A stretch of DNA of 59,494 bases, filler included, from 8 parts of 8 records of this genome joined end to end with filler, not necessarily neighbours in it, one strand, 5' to 3'; numbered from the whole stretch's first letter, positions 43,964 through 56,026 are shown. Made by a program: numbers and translations. The notes: generated from the letters alone by a model not told the origin.

Positions 43964-44492
43964 TCCTTAACTGTTGATTGATCTCGTCCTCTTCCACTGT
44001 GCCATACTCCTTGTAGACTTTCATGGCCAAGGCTAAGGCCACACCCAAAGTGGCCACACCCACGACGATGGCTGTCAGCATAAGCACATGGGGAAGGGGG
44101 TTAATGTAATCCACGGCCTTAACGGCCACATCTGCATGGGCAGCAGCGCCATGAGCCACTTCCGTTGCTGCCCCATGGGCGGCATGCGCGACTTCAGCTA
44201 CGGCATCATGGGCGGTATGTGCCACTTGGGTTGCAGCCTCATGAGCTGCATGGGCAGCCCCTTCTGCTTCAGCATGGCCGTCATGTCCATGACCATGCAG
44301 AAGAATGGGGAGTGTGGCTCCTTTTTTATATCCGATGGAGACATAAAACAGGATGACCGCTGTTTGAAAAATACTCATGCCCACAATTTTCTTGATGAGA
44401 TTGTTTTTTACAATCAAGGCATACAGTCCCACCATCAGCAAAACGACATAGGCCCAGTAGTTTGCTTTTGCTGCAATAATAGAGAGTTCCAT
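43956..44492 (-). CDS. mrpC: Mrp subunit C with His/Ala-rich repeat insertion
   Basis: NLIKKIVG, NPLPHVLMLTAIVVG. Confidence 0.9.
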   Translation of the reverse strand: MELSIIAAKANYWAYVVLLMVGLYALIVKNNLIKKIVGMSIFQTAVILFYVSIGYKKGATLPILLHGHGHDGHAEAEGAAHAAHEAATQVAHTAHDAVAEVAHAAHGAATEVAHGAAAHADVAVKAVDYINPLPHVLMLTAIVVGVATLGVALALAMKVYKEYGTVEEDEINQQLRNG

Positions 44493-44495
44493 AGA

Positions 44496-45320
44496 TTAAA
44501 GTCCCTCATCCTGTTTGCCTGCTGAGGACAGGTTGTAATAGATCCAAATCATCACCGCCATGACCGCCATGGCGACGCCAATCTCTACGATGAGAATACC
44601 GTGGGAACGAGCCATGACGCGATCCGTTCCAAGAAGCGGCGCCAATGCACTATAATTTAGGAACTGCTCTCCGATGAAAAGGCAGAGTGCTCCGGCACCG
44701 GCATAAAGGAAAACGCCTGTGGCACTGAACATAGCAGCTGCTTTTTCGCTGAATCGTTTGACGGCAGCCCGCAGATTACCGGATATCGCAAACAAGATAA
44801 CCGATGCCCCCAAAAGAACACCGCCCTGGAAACCGCCCCCGGGACTGTGATGCCCATGGGCCACAACATACAGAGCAAAAATCTGAATAAAGTGGATCAG
44901 CAACCGGCAGGTAAAGTTGATAATCAAATCAAGCGGCACCCAACTGGAATCGATCCGGGTAAACACCTGGGAATTTTGAGGATGCCGATCTCCTTGAAAC
45001 CGCAGGGTAATCCCGGTGGGTTCATGGCGATAGTACCGGTGAATGGTATCTCTTTTGGGGATTCTCAAAAGAAGAAAACATGCCAGTCCGGCCGTGAGAA
45101 TCACCGTTGTTTCAAACATGGTGTCATACCCTCGATAATCGGCCAAGACCGATGTAACCACATTGGGAACCGCGGTATCTTCCATGGTATGTTCAATAAA
45201 ATAGGGAGATAGGTGGGTTGACGCCGGAGATCCGGGATCCCCCCAATTGGGAAAATCCGAGGTAAAAAAGAGAAGCAATACACCACAAAAAAGGATGGTG
45301 ATCTTTCCAAGTATCTTCAA
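44496..45320 (-). CDS. mrpB: Mrp subunit B (extended)
   Basis: NVVTSVLADYRGYDTMFE, HGHHSPGGGFQGG. Confidence 0.88.
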   Translation of the reverse strand: MKILGKITILFCGVLLLFFTSDFPNWGDPGSPASTHLSPYFIEHTMEDTAVPNVVTSVLADYRGYDTMFETTVILTAGLACFLLLRIPKRDTIHRYYRHEPTGITLRFQGDRHPQNSQVFTRIDSSWVPLDLIINFTCRLLIHFIQIFALYVVAHGHHSPGGGFQGGVLLGASVILFAISGNLRAAVKRFSEKAAAMFSATGVFLYAGAGALCLFIGEQFLNYSALAPLLGTDRVMARSHGILIVEIGVAMAVMAVMIWIYYNLSSAGKQDEGL

Positions 45321-45562
45321 TCTTTAGTCCTCCTTGTTGTATGAAACACTGCAGCCACACAAAATACGGTACTTACCCCCGCACCCACTGTTGCCTCGGT
45401 AAATGCCACATCCACTGCGCCCATTACCGCCCACAAGAGACAAAGTAGGAAGCTGTATGCCCCAAGAAGTACGGCAGCACTCAAGAGATCTTTAACATTG
45501 ATCGCTGCAACGGCACTGACGACTACCAATCCCAGAATTATCACATCGATTGGCCAAATCAT
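45317..45562 (-). CDS. Mrp B-related small subunit (DUF4040-like)
   Basis: DLLSAAVLLG, AVDVAFTEATVGAG. Confidence 0.85.
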   Translation of the reverse strand: MIWPIDVIILGLVVVSAVAAINVKDLLSAAVLLGAYSFLLCLLWAVMGAVDVAFTEATVGAGVSTVFCVAAVFHTTRRTKD

Positions 45563-45912
45563 TGAATATCCTCCCTTTCCTCACCAATATCCCCCTTTTT
45601 CCACGGTTTCATACCGGCTCTGATTCCGGCATCCACGATGGCATGGGTCGCTGTGGGACTTGCAATAAAAACAAACGCCACAATGAGTATAATTTTCAAA
45701 GCGGAAAGAACATTGCCCAGATTAAAATCAAGCACCAGATAGAGGGCCATCCCACCCATGGTCAAAAAGAGTCCCATGGTATCCAGCATGCCGGCAGCGT
45801 GGAGGCGAGAGTAGAAATCCGGCAGACGAATCATGCCCACCGCCCCACCAAAAAAGAAGACCAGCCCTGCCAGTATCATGAGAACAGCTACAAGCAAAAG
45901 AATGATTTGCAT
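45559..45912 (-). CDS. mrpG: Mrp subunit G
   Basis: RLPDFYSRLHAAG, SPTATHAI. Confidence 0.92.
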   Translation of the reverse strand: MQIILLLVAVLMILAGLVFFFGGAVGMIRLPDFYSRLHAAGMLDTMGLFLTMGGMALYLVLDFNLGNVLSALKIILIVAFVFIASPTATHAIVDAGIRAGMKPWKKGDIGEEREDIQ

Positions 45913-46196
45913 TATTTCATCTCCTCCGTCAGCCCCTTCTTTTTATGGAAATAGCGAGAAGCAGCCAACACTGCGATAAAGTTGAGCAGTGCATAGGCAA
46001 GGGCGATATCAATGAACATATCTACACGCCCGTAAATAAAGCCGATCATGATCAACAGAGCCGTGGTTTTTGTTCCGATACCACTTACTCCCATGAAGCG
46101 ATCAAGAACGGTCGGCCCCATGGCCGCCCTGTAAAGTGGAATGGTCATGAACAGGGTCAGAAGAATCGCTGATAACAAAATAAAAGTATCCATCAT
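45912..46196 (-). CDS. mrpF: Mrp subunit F
   Basis: GPTVLDR, DIALAYALLNF. Confidence 0.92.
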   Translation of the reverse strand: MMDTFILLSAILLTLFMTIPLYRAAMGPTVLDRFMGVSGIGTKTTALLIMIGFIYGRVDMFIDIALAYALLNFIAVLAASRYFHKKKGLTEEMK

Positions 46197-46696
46197 TCAC
46201 CAAACAGTTTGGCAACCATCTTCTCCATGTCGCCAGGGAGAGCAGCTGCAGATTCATCATCAATGGCATGAACCACCATATCACCATACATGTTGACGGC
46301 GACGGTGATCGTACCAGGTGTCAACGTAATTGAATTGGCAAAGGTCACAAGACCAATGGTATCTCTGATTCGGCTTTTGAACTTGATGATCTGGGGATTG
46401 ATCTTCTCGTCCATATCCGAACTCAGCACCAATTTTAAAACATGAATATTGGCAAGGATGATTTGCCAGATAAGCCAAGGAATGTAGATACAAAATCCTG
46501 CCCAAAGAGGGATTAGGCGGGTGAGTTGATCCGGCACAATGAGCATCACCGATGAAGTGGCCCAGCAGATCAAGAGGCTGGAAATTATTCCGAGGGTTAG
46601 GTGAAAAGCATCAAATTTTCCAGAAAAAACACACCAAAAGAAAATTAAGATGAGAAAAGTGAATAAAAAGGTCAGCGTACGTCGTTTCGGTTCCAA
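46193..46696 (-). CDS. mrpE: Mrp subunit E
   Basis: ANIHV, ANSITLTPGT, VHAID. Confidence 0.92.
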   Translation of the reverse strand: MEPKRRTLTFLFTFLILIFFWCVFSGKFDAFHLTLGIISSLLICWATSSVMLIVPDQLTRLIPLWAGFCIYIPWLIWQIILANIHVLKLVLSSDMDEKINPQIIKFKSRIRDTIGLVTFANSITLTPGTITVAVNMYGDMVVHAIDDESAAALPGDMEKMVAKLFGE

Positions 46697-47238
46697 TGGT
46701 TAAACTCCATCTTCCATAAAGTTGTATCCGCGAATGGGACATCGAATTATGACAACTCGATACGGGAAGGATACCGTTGATTGAGCGAGAAGATGGTTAC
46801 ATCTTGAATGCCATTCATTAAGCGCTTTAGAGTTCCATCTGAATCACAAATCAATCACAAAAGACCTTATAACAGCAATAGAGCTAATGATGCTGAATAA
46901 ATCACTTTGACGATTGCCGATATTTGGTCTTACGGCATCACTCTAACACGAACTACTAAAATTGATATATGGCAGGTGAAACAGCACCATTCACAACATA
47001 AATGTAACAAGTCACGGAAGAGAAAATAGAGACATAAAACTTAGCAAGCATGATACAAAATTTTCGAATTTAACTTTATGAGATGCTATTTTCAGCCTTA
47101 ATGACTTTTGACAAATAGATACTAATGAAACAGTTCTTTTTGACGATGCTGATATTGACTTAGTGAAAAAAAGAAAAGGTCAAGTAGTTTTTTATTTTAT
47201 CGCCTTGGCGCTTTTTGGTGAGCGCCAAAGGAGATGAC

Positions 47239-49418
47239 TTATAAAAGTTTGAGATCCCAGTTCCATAACCCCGGACGTTTCTTCATTTCAATATCCCTGG
47301 GAAGGGGTTCGTCTATATCCAGAAAAAGAGCGTATCCGGCATCGGCCAACTCCGGTTGATATTGCTTGAGATCCAAGTGCCAGTTGGGGTAGATCCAGTA
47401 GTCCGACTCTCTTTTGCTCACCCACGTCCTTTCCTCTCTTGGGCTTTCAAAGCATTGATCAAGGATGATATCTTCGGAAATCGTCCGAGATATCGCCAAT
47501 GGCCAAAGTCCTCCCATGAGCATTCCCAAAGGAAGTGGGCTGTCTTTCGGAAGGGAGAAAAATCCTCTTTCCCCAACTCCGGTGAAACAAAGGCGCCGGA
47601 AAAGCCTATATTCTTCAGGAATTGAAGATAGGCATGGTTGGCTATATTGCAAAAAGGCCCGGCCCACAAATTGAGCGTACTTCGTTTGCTTGTTTGTTTG
47701 CTTGAACCACTTGGCTTACTTAATGATTGTTTTTCAGAGAATTCGCCGATATCCTCAACCGCGCTTTTCAACGCATCGAAACAGGTAATCTGCCACGGCA
47801 TATTCAACACGAAATTATTTGCGCCGAGTGATAAAACGTCCCCGAGAACCGATAAAAACTTCGATTGGTCTTCCGGCCACACCACTGGAGGCAAAACCCA
47901 CCACACCTCTTTAACTTTTGATGGCGCACACCGTTTTAAGGATGTTTGAGAGAGCCAAAGCCCCTTTTTATCACTCTTTCTAGACTTTTTTCCTCCGGCT
48001 GATGTCTTGGTTTTGAGTTTCGCTTCATTTCCAAGCCCATGAAGCGTCAGCCGAGTCGTGGGGCTTATGGGGCTAGCTATTGCTTTTTCTCCAACGTCAA
48101 CATCGGCAAATATCACATCGGTTTCCTGGGACTTGATTTCAGGGGAACGATACCGCTGAAGCTGATCCGTCAACTCTGCAATTAAATCCCAGACCTCCTT
48201 TTCCCGCCGATCCACAATAAAGACCGGTGTCCCCTTCTTGAAACTTACTCTAGGGCTTTTGGTTTTCTCTTTGCCTCTACCGCTCCTTTTTTCTCCGTTT
48301 TTCTTTGCGCCGCCTTTATTGCTTTTAGTCCCGAGAACGAGTTTTCCTTTTTTGGGAATGGGTCGGTTGACCCTCTGAACGGCATGAAAGCGATCATCCT
48401 CATACCCGATGCGAAGAAGATCATCTTTCAACAATGCTTCTCTGGTGATGACATGGGGAGCATCTCCATGCTTTACCCTCCCGATGAACAGGCCGGATCC
48501 GGTTTCCTCATCTTTTTTCAGGGGATTTTGCGGTCGCTGAGATAATAAATTGTAGTGGGTTGTGGGTCGTCCCATGGCATATTCCAGAAAGGACAATGCG
48601 ATTTTCTTTTTAGACGGATCATGCCCTTGGTCCCGAAGCATCTTATACGCTTTGACCGTATAGAATACATAATGGGGACTCTTTTTTCTCCCCTCGATTT
48701 TCCATGTGGTCACCTTTGGAATATCTTTGAGGACCTTGACAAGAACATCAGCGGAAAAGTCGAGACATGAAAAGTATCGCTCCCTCTCATTTTGTTGTTT
48801 GTACAAGCGGCGGCAGGGCTGAACGCAGCGTCCTCTCAAACCGCTCCGCCCGCCAAACCAGCTGCTCCAGTAACACCGCCCCGAGACCGCATAACAAAGC
48901 GCTCCATGAATAAATGTCTCCAAATCTACATTGTCGGGCGCAGACGCCGCCATCATTTTGATCTCGTCGATGGTCAGCTCCCGAGGCAACACCACCCGAT
49001 TGAATCCGGCTTTTCCCGCCATATCAAGGGCCAAGGGAAAGGTGCAATTGGACAGGGTGGACAGATGAAGCTCACCTTTAAAACCGCATGTCAGCGCCAG
49101 ATCCGCCAATCCCGGATCCTGGAGAATCAGGGCATGGGGCTTTACATACTTCACAAGTTTACCGATAATCCCGGCGGTTCTTTCAAGTTCATGCTGCTTC
49201 ACCAATGAATTCATCGCCACATGGAGCTGGACATTGTGACTTCTTGCCAGTGCATTCAGCCGGGAAAGCTCCTCCATGCTGAAATTTTTGGCTTCCATTC
49301 GGGCGGAGAAGATTTTCAGTCCGCAATAGACCGCATCTGCACCGGCTGCAATGGCAGCCATGAATGAATTTTGATCGCCTGCCGGGGCAAGAATAATCGG
49401 TTTATTTTTATTGGCCAT
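47239..49418 (-). CDS. U32-family protein (RlhA-like RNA hydroxylase candidate; apparent frameshift at 47558-47562)
   Basis: ILAPAG, GADAVYCG, HGALCYAVSGRC, RGRCVQPCR, KIEGR; adding one base joins the C-terminal ORF ending GLWNWDLKLL. Confidence 0.85.
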
Positions 49419-49422
49419 CAGG

Positions 49423-51252
49423 TTACGATCCCTTTTTTATTCTTTTTTTGGATTTTCCGGATCCAGGTATCGGCACTTTTTCAATGTTGAGTTTCCGGCC
49501 CCTTATCCATGTCTTTTTTAGGGTATGAAAAATTTCACCGGGCATTCCCTTGGGCAGATCAACAGTACTATATTCATCGTAAATAGAGATATTTCCCACG
49601 AATTTTCCTTCAAGCCCTGCTTCAGAGGTAATGGCGCCCACGATCTCACCGGGCTTTACTCCATGGTCATGGCCCACTGCAATGGCATATCGATCCATTC
49701 CATTGGGGAGTGACACCTCTTTTGATCGTTTTCCCCCATTTTCCTTTTTACTTTTCTTTTTGGATTTTTCCGAATCCAAAGGCTTTTTTCGGGAATCACC
49801 ATGGGGCTTATCCTTTCTTTTTTCATGACTTTTCCCGGGGCGGCCATGGTGCTGTTTTTCATTTTCGCCCCCTGATTTCTCTTTATCCGGCAAATGTTGA
49901 AGGGGCCGATCTTTATGAAGCATGGCCGCAACGGCTGCGGCAATATCCAGGGCCGGTTCATCTTTTTCCTGTCGATACTGATCAATCACCTCCCGATAAA
50001 ACGCCAAATCCTCAGACGTCAATGTATCGGTGATCTGCTGTTTGAACTCGGCGATTCTGCGATGGGTGATATCCCGTGTGGTTGGAAGATTCATCAGTTC
50101 CAGCTTTTGGCGGGTACTTTTTTCAATCACCCGAAGCATCCACCGCTCCCTTGGAGAGACAAACAAAATGGCATCGCCCCGGCGCCCTGCCCTGCCGGTT
50201 CGCCCAATCCGATGGATATACGCTTCCGCTTCCGTTGGGATATCGTAGTTGACGACATGGCTGATCCGGTCCACATCCAATCCTCTGGCAGCCACATCCG
50301 TCGCCACCACAATATCGATTTTCCCCTTTTTCAGGCGGTCGACGGTACGCTCCCGGGCCTTTTGAGCGATATCCCCATTCAGCGCTTCCGTGGCGTATCC
50401 TCTAGCCTCCAGCTTATCCGCCAACTCCAGGGTGGCGGTCTTGGTCCGAACAAAAACCAGCATGGCATCGAAATCCTCGGCTTCCAGAATCCGGGTCAAG
50501 GCGTCCAGTTTGTGGGTCCCTTTGACCATCCAGAATCGTTGCCGAATCGTCTCTGCCGTGGTGGTTTTCACCTGGATGGTCACCTCGATCGGAAATTCGA
50601 GATAGTTTCGAGCAATCTCTCTGATGGCCGGCGGCATGGTGGCGGAAAAAAGCGCCATCTGGTGCTCATCCGGTGTCTGTTCCACAATCCATTTGACATC
50701 ATCGATAAATCCCATTCGGAGCATTTCATCGGCCTCGTCCAGCACAAGGCAGCTGAGCCCGTCCAGTTGCAGTGTCCCCCGACGCATGTGATCCATGACC
50801 CGCCCAGGCGTACCCACCACCACGTGAACGCCGCGCTTGAGCTGCTTGAGCTGTCCCACATAGGATTGCCCGCCGTAAATGGGAAGCACATTGAACTGTT
50901 TGAGATGGGTTGCATACCCCTTGAAAGACTCCGCTACCTGAATCGCCAGCTCCCGCGTGGGGGTAATGACAAGTACTTGGGGCTCTCGTCGTTTAAGCGC
51001 GATCCGGCAAAGCAGCGGCAGGGCAAACGCCGCAGTTTTACCGGTACCGGTCTGGGCCTGCCCTAGAACATCTTTTCCGGCAAGAACATGGGGAATCATT
51101 TGAGATTGAATGGCCGTCGGTTTTTCATACCCCAACCCTTTCAACGCCTTCAATATCGGTTTTGAAAGTGCCATATCCTCGAATGTCGTTATCTTTTCGT
51201 TTGTCTCTTTACCTACTGTTTCATCCAGTTTATCCAACTTGTCGGTGGTCAT
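49423..51252 (-). CDS. deaD: DEAD-box RNA helicase DeaD/CsdA
   Basis: AQTGTGKT, PTRELA, DEAD, SAT, HRIGRTGRAG, DbpA-type C-terminal domain. Confidence 0.95.
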   Translation of the reverse strand: MTTDKLDKLDETVGKETNEKITTFEDMALSKPILKALKGLGYEKPTAIQSQMIPHVLAGKDVLGQAQTGTGKTAAFALPLLCRIALKRREPQVLVITPTRELAIQVAESFKGYATHLKQFNVLPIYGGQSYVGQLKQLKRGVHVVVGTPGRVMDHMRRGTLQLDGLSCLVLDEADEMLRMGFIDDVKWIVEQTPDEHQMALFSATMPPAIREIARNYLEFPIEVTIQVKTTTAETIRQRFWMVKGTHKLDALTRILEAEDFDAMLVFVRTKTATLELADKLEARGYATEALNGDIAQKARERTVDRLKKGKIDIVVATDVAARGLDVDRISHVVNYDIPTEAEAYIHRIGRTGRAGRRGDAILFVSPRERWMLRVIEKSTRQKLELMNLPTTRDITHRRIAEFKQQITDTLTSEDLAFYREVIDQYRQEKDEPALDIAAAVAAMLHKDRPLQHLPDKEKSGGENEKQHHGRPGKSHEKRKDKPHGDSRKKPLDSEKSKKKSKKENGGKRSKEVSLPNGMDRYAIAVGHDHGVKPGEIVGAITSEAGLEGKFVGNISIYDEYSTVDLPKGMPGEIFHTLKKTWIRGRKLNIEKVPIPGSGKSKKRIKKGS

Positions 51253-52469
51253 ATAAACCCTTTTTGTCCGATATAAAGTAAAATTTCGTGTGCCGCCTCG
51301 TCCGGCGTGATATTGCTTGTGTCAATAATGATCTCATTTTTTTCCGGGATCTCGTAAGGGTCATCCACGCCGGTGAATCCTTTGAGAAGTCCGGCCCTGG
51401 CTTTGGCGTACATCCCTTTTCGATCTCTTTTTTCACACTCTTCAATGGGAGTAGCCACATGCACCTCGAAAAATCCACCATACGCTTCAATGGATTTCCG
51501 AATCTCATTTCTTGTCTTTTCATAGGGCGCGATGGGTGCGCAAATGGCAACCCCTCTGTTTTTGGTGATTTCCGTTGCCACAAATCCGATGCGCCTCACA
51601 TTGATATCCCGATGTTCCCTTGAGAAATTGAGTTCACTGGAGAGGTTCCGGCGGACGATATCCCCATCGAGAAGCGTTACCGGCCGGGTTCCGATCTCCA
51701 TAAATTTAGCATAAAGCACGTTGGCGATGGTCGATTTCCCTGCTCCGGACAGGCCGGTTAAAAATATGGTCAATCCCTGCCCGGCCGGCGGGGGATATGA
51801 TTTCTTCAGCTCACCCACCACTTCCGGAAAAGCAGCCCACTCCGGCACATGCTTGCCGGTACGAATCCGCTGACGGATATCGGATCCGGAAAAAAAGATG
51901 GTATCACTTCCTTCCGGAATATCGCCTTCAAATCGATATTCATCTTCAAAGGGGAGATAGAGCATCTTTTTAAATGAGATCACTTCCACCCCGACTTCCG
52001 GTGCGGCTTCATCGGCCAATGTTGCGGCATCCCGACTATTGTAAAACGGAGTGCCGTTGCTGTCCGTCCCAGGGCTCGAGTGATCATGACCGATGACAAA
52101 ATGGGTACAGCCGAAATTCTTTCCCATGATCATATGGAGCAGCGCATCCCTCGGTCCTGCCATGCGCATGGCCAAAGGAAGCAAATTAATAACAAATGAA
52201 TCGGGTGGATAGTGAGGTTCGACCTTCCGATAGCATCTCATCCGGGTAAAATGATCGAAATCTCCCGGCTTTGTCTCTCCGGCAATGGGCAAGAGCAACA
52301 GGTTGGCCCCGGCCTTTCGCATGGCTTGAACCGTCATCTCGAACTGAGGTCTGTGGATGGGATGTCTGGTTTGAAATCCGACCACTCGTTTCCAGCCCAG
52401 TTTCTCAAACGTATTTCGAATTTCTGCGGGTGTCCTTCTGATCTGTTTAAAATCGGAATGGATGGGAAG
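51249..52469 (-). CDS. Bifunctional sulfate adenylyltransferase / APS kinase (5' truncated)
   Basis: FQTRHPIH, MRMAGPR, GHDH, then GLSGAGKST, LDGDIVR, FTGVDDPYE. Confidence 0.93.
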   Translation of the reverse strand, partial: LPIHSDFKQIRRTPAEIRNTFEKLGWKRVVGFQTRHPIHRPQFEMTVQAMRKAGANLLLLPIAGETKPGDFDHFTRMRCYRKVEPHYPPDSFVINLLPLAMRMAGPRDALLHMIMGKNFGCTHFVIGHDHSSPGTDSNGTPFYNSRDAATLADEAAPEVGVEVISFKKMLYLPFEDEYRFEGDIPEGSDTIFFSGSDIRQRIRTGKHVPEWAAFPEVVGELKKSYPPPAGQGLTIFLTGLSGAGKSTIANVLYAKFMEIGTRPVTLLDGDIVRRNLSSELNFSREHRDINVRRIGFVATEITKNRGVAICAPIAPYEKTRNEIRKSIEAYGGFFEVHVATPIEECEKRDRKGMYAKARAGLLKGFTGVDDPYEIPEKNEIIIDTSNITPDEAAHEILLYIGQKGFI

Positions 52470-52569
52470 NNNNNNNNNNNNNNNNNNNNNNNNNNNNNNN
52501 NNNNNNNNNNNNNTTAATTAATTAANNNNNNNNNNNNNNNNNNNNNNNNNNNNNNNNNNNNNNNNNNNN

Positions 52570-55500
52570 ATTCATTATCATCAACAACTAATACTTTTAG
52601 ATTTTTTAATTTATCTGGTATAAGTTTTTTCTTTTTATTCGCTTTGCTCATTTTAAATTTTGCAGTAAAGATAAACTTACTACCTTTCCCCTCTTCACTC
52701 TCTACAGATATCTCTCCATCCATCATATTTACCAACTGTTTAGAGATACTAAGTCCAAGACCTGTTCCCCCATATTTTCTAGTTGTTGAAGTATCTGCCT
52801 GAGAGAAAGCCTTAAATAGTTTTGATGTTTGCTCTTCACTCATACCTATTCCAGTATCTATAACTGAGAATTTAACACATACCTCTTCTTCTACTTGTTC
52901 AACTAATTCAGCCTTAACAACTACTTCTCCCTCCTCTGTAAATTTAATCGCATTATTTGCCAGGTTAAGCAGTATCTGGTTAAGTCTTAGCGGGTCTCCT
53001 ATTAAATTAATAGGAATATCAGGATTTCTTGATATTACAAATTCAAGCCCCTGTTTATATGCTTTCATACCTATTATATTTGCTAAATTTTCCATAACTT
53101 CTTCTAGATCAAAGTCAATATGCTCAATATCAAGTTTTCCAGCTTCTATTTTAGAGAAATCCAAAATATCATTTATTATTCCCAGTAGATTTTTAGCTGA
53201 CCTACCTACTTTTTCTACATAATCATACTGTTTTGGGTTCAGTTTAGTTTTTTCTAACAGATTATTGAGCCCAATTATTGCATTCATTGGAGTTCTTATC
53301 TCATGACTCATATTAGCTAAGAAGTCGCTTTTAGCTCGTGTTGCAGCCTCGGCATCATTTTTAGCTAACTCTAACTCCATATTTAATTTTATCAAGTCAG
53401 TAACATCACTAGCCATTGTATAAACACCAATTTTTTTACCAAATTTATCTTTAATGATCCTTTTGTTTAATCTAAGCCATACGTTTTCACCATTTATATT
53501 AAACTGCTCCAATGCCCCTGTTATATCTGTACCAGTTTCAAATACCTCTTTGTCATCTGCTGTAAACTCCTTTGCCATCTTACCTGTTAGGATATCGTGC
53601 CAAGTTTTTCCAATTACCTCAGTCCAGTGATTTGCTCCAACGAAGTCAGCTAACACTCTGTTGGCAACTATTATTTTCCCGTTTTTATCAACCAGCGATA
53701 TCATATCACCTGAGCTCTCAAGTATTGCAACAAAATTTCTGTTAAGTGCTGCCAACTCATCAATATCTTTAAAAGCAACAACCGCACCTGTTATCTCACC
53801 ATTTTCTATTATCGGCACACTGTTATACTCTATATTTACAGCTACTGCATCTTGTTTCCACAACACTTCATCTCTAACAGTACTTTCTTTTCCTTCACTG
53901 TATGCTAGATAAACTGGCGATTTCTCAAGTCTATAGTGCTCTCCGTCAGCATGTGAGTGAAGTATCTTCTCATGGAAATCTACACCAATTAAATCTTTTG
54001 TACCATAACCTAATATTTTAGTTACCGCTGGGTTTATAAAGGTAATCTTTCCATCTTTATTTAGCCCGATGATACCATCACCAACAGATTCAAGTAATAA
54101 TTTACTCTGCTGTTCTGCCTTTAATCTATCGGTAATATCAAATGCCCATCCTCCAATAAGTGATACTTTACCATCTAAATCAAATAACGGGAATTTATAC
54201 TCTGCGAACACTCTATTTTTGCCATTAACATTAATAAGGATATCTTTTGATATAATCTCTTTTTTACTAAGAACTTCCAGGTCTGCGCCTTTTTTCTCAG
54301 AAACACACTCCATTATATTGTTGAAGATATTTTCATCTTTTAAACCAACTATATCATCTACTCCATAAGAGTTTTTAAACATTTTATTTACATAAACATA
54401 CTCTCCACTTATGTTCTTCATATACATAATAGCTGGAGATGAATCTAAAATGTTTTGTAGTTTCTGCTCACTCTCCTTTAATTGATTCTGCATCTTTATC
54501 CTATTTGTTATATCGCTAAAGAGTGTAACGAAATGAGTTATCTCTCCATCATTAACCATAGGAGCTATAATTACATTTTCCCATATAACTTTACCCTTTT
54601 TATCTATTCTTTTCATGTCGTCACGCCAAACTTCTCCGTTTCTTACTTTTGCTAATATCTCCTCAAAAGCATCTTCATCGCTTAGCATTAACATTTCTGT
54701 TCCTTGAATCTGCTCTCTCAAGAAACCTCTCTCTTCACAGAATTTATTGTTAGCATACTCTATAATCCTATCTACATCTGTTATCAATATACTCGATGGA
54801 TTCTGCTCAATGGCTACAGTTAATTTCTTTAGCTCCTCTGTCCGCATTTTAACTAAGTCTTCTAAATGTTCTCTATACTCAATTAATTCTGCTTCTTTTT
54901 CAGCAAGTGATTTAATCATAAAATTAAAAGAATTAGCTAGTTTCCCTATCTCATCTTTTGATTTAATATCTATAAGTTCTGTTAAATTACCTGTTTTGGC
55001 TATTTTTTCAGTTTTTTCCTGAAGTTTCATTAGTGGTTTTAGTATTATTTTACTAACAATAAATATAACCAATACACTAAGAGCTATCAAAGCACCTATT
55101 AAAACCCTGATACTTTGAGAAGCGATATCCTTTACTTCATCGACAAGTAGCTCGTGAGGAATAAAAGTTATTAGATTAAAATCTAACTCATAACATTTGT
55201 ACCTAAATAATATAAAGTTCTCATCAGACATCTCAACTCTTTCAAGCTCATTTTCAGAAAAAACTGATTTTCCATGAAAAGGGTTTGGGTTATAATCATT
55301 AATATTTTTGTTGATAAGATCATCATGACCAGCTGATAATACTCTTCCATCTGTATCAACAAGAGCAACCCAACCACTATTTCCCATTTTAAGTGCCAAG
55401 ATATACTCTTTTACAAAATCCAGTGATAAATCTAAACCTAGTACTCCATAAACTTCTCCATTTTCATCAACTAAAGCCTTCGCTAGTGCCATAGTTGCTT

Positions 55501-56026
55501 CTTGATTTGAGGCAAATTCATTTGGAGTGGTAATAACTATTTCACCTAAATTTTCTTTTGCCTTAATATACCAGTTCTCTTTTCTAGGGTCATAGGACAT
55601 ATCTGCATTGTATTCCTCATCTTTACCTACAAAACTACCGTTTTCACGCGCCATATATATCGCTTTAATAGATTCATGGGTCTTTAGATAATCCTTGAAG
55701 TACAACTTAATTTTCATCTCTCCCTGGCTCATCTTATGCTTTAACTCTGTTTTGTTTAAATAACTAGTAAATTCAGAATCATCTTTCTGTTGAATCTCAT
55801 CAGTTAGAGCCAATAATTCAACATCAGATTTTATCTGATCTAGGTATGTGTTCATTGAAAAATCAATATGTTCCATCTGTTTCATAAAACTATTTTCTAT
55901 ATCCGAAACCTTCCATTGTACAAGCTCTTGCTCCATTTCAAAAAAGAAAAACAACAAAATTATAAAGCAAGATATAAAAAAGGTTAACAACATTTTCCCC
56001 TTTACTTTCATAACTCTCTCCTCCAT
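52570..56026 (-). CDS. Hybrid histidine kinase (Cache, HAMP, multiple PAS, HisKA, HATPase, REC; 3' truncated)
   Basis: [37 protein letters not shown]. Confidence 0.94.

Noticed and set aside
49894-51066. 390-aa antisense ORF
   Set aside because: Shadow of deaD caused by codon bias.
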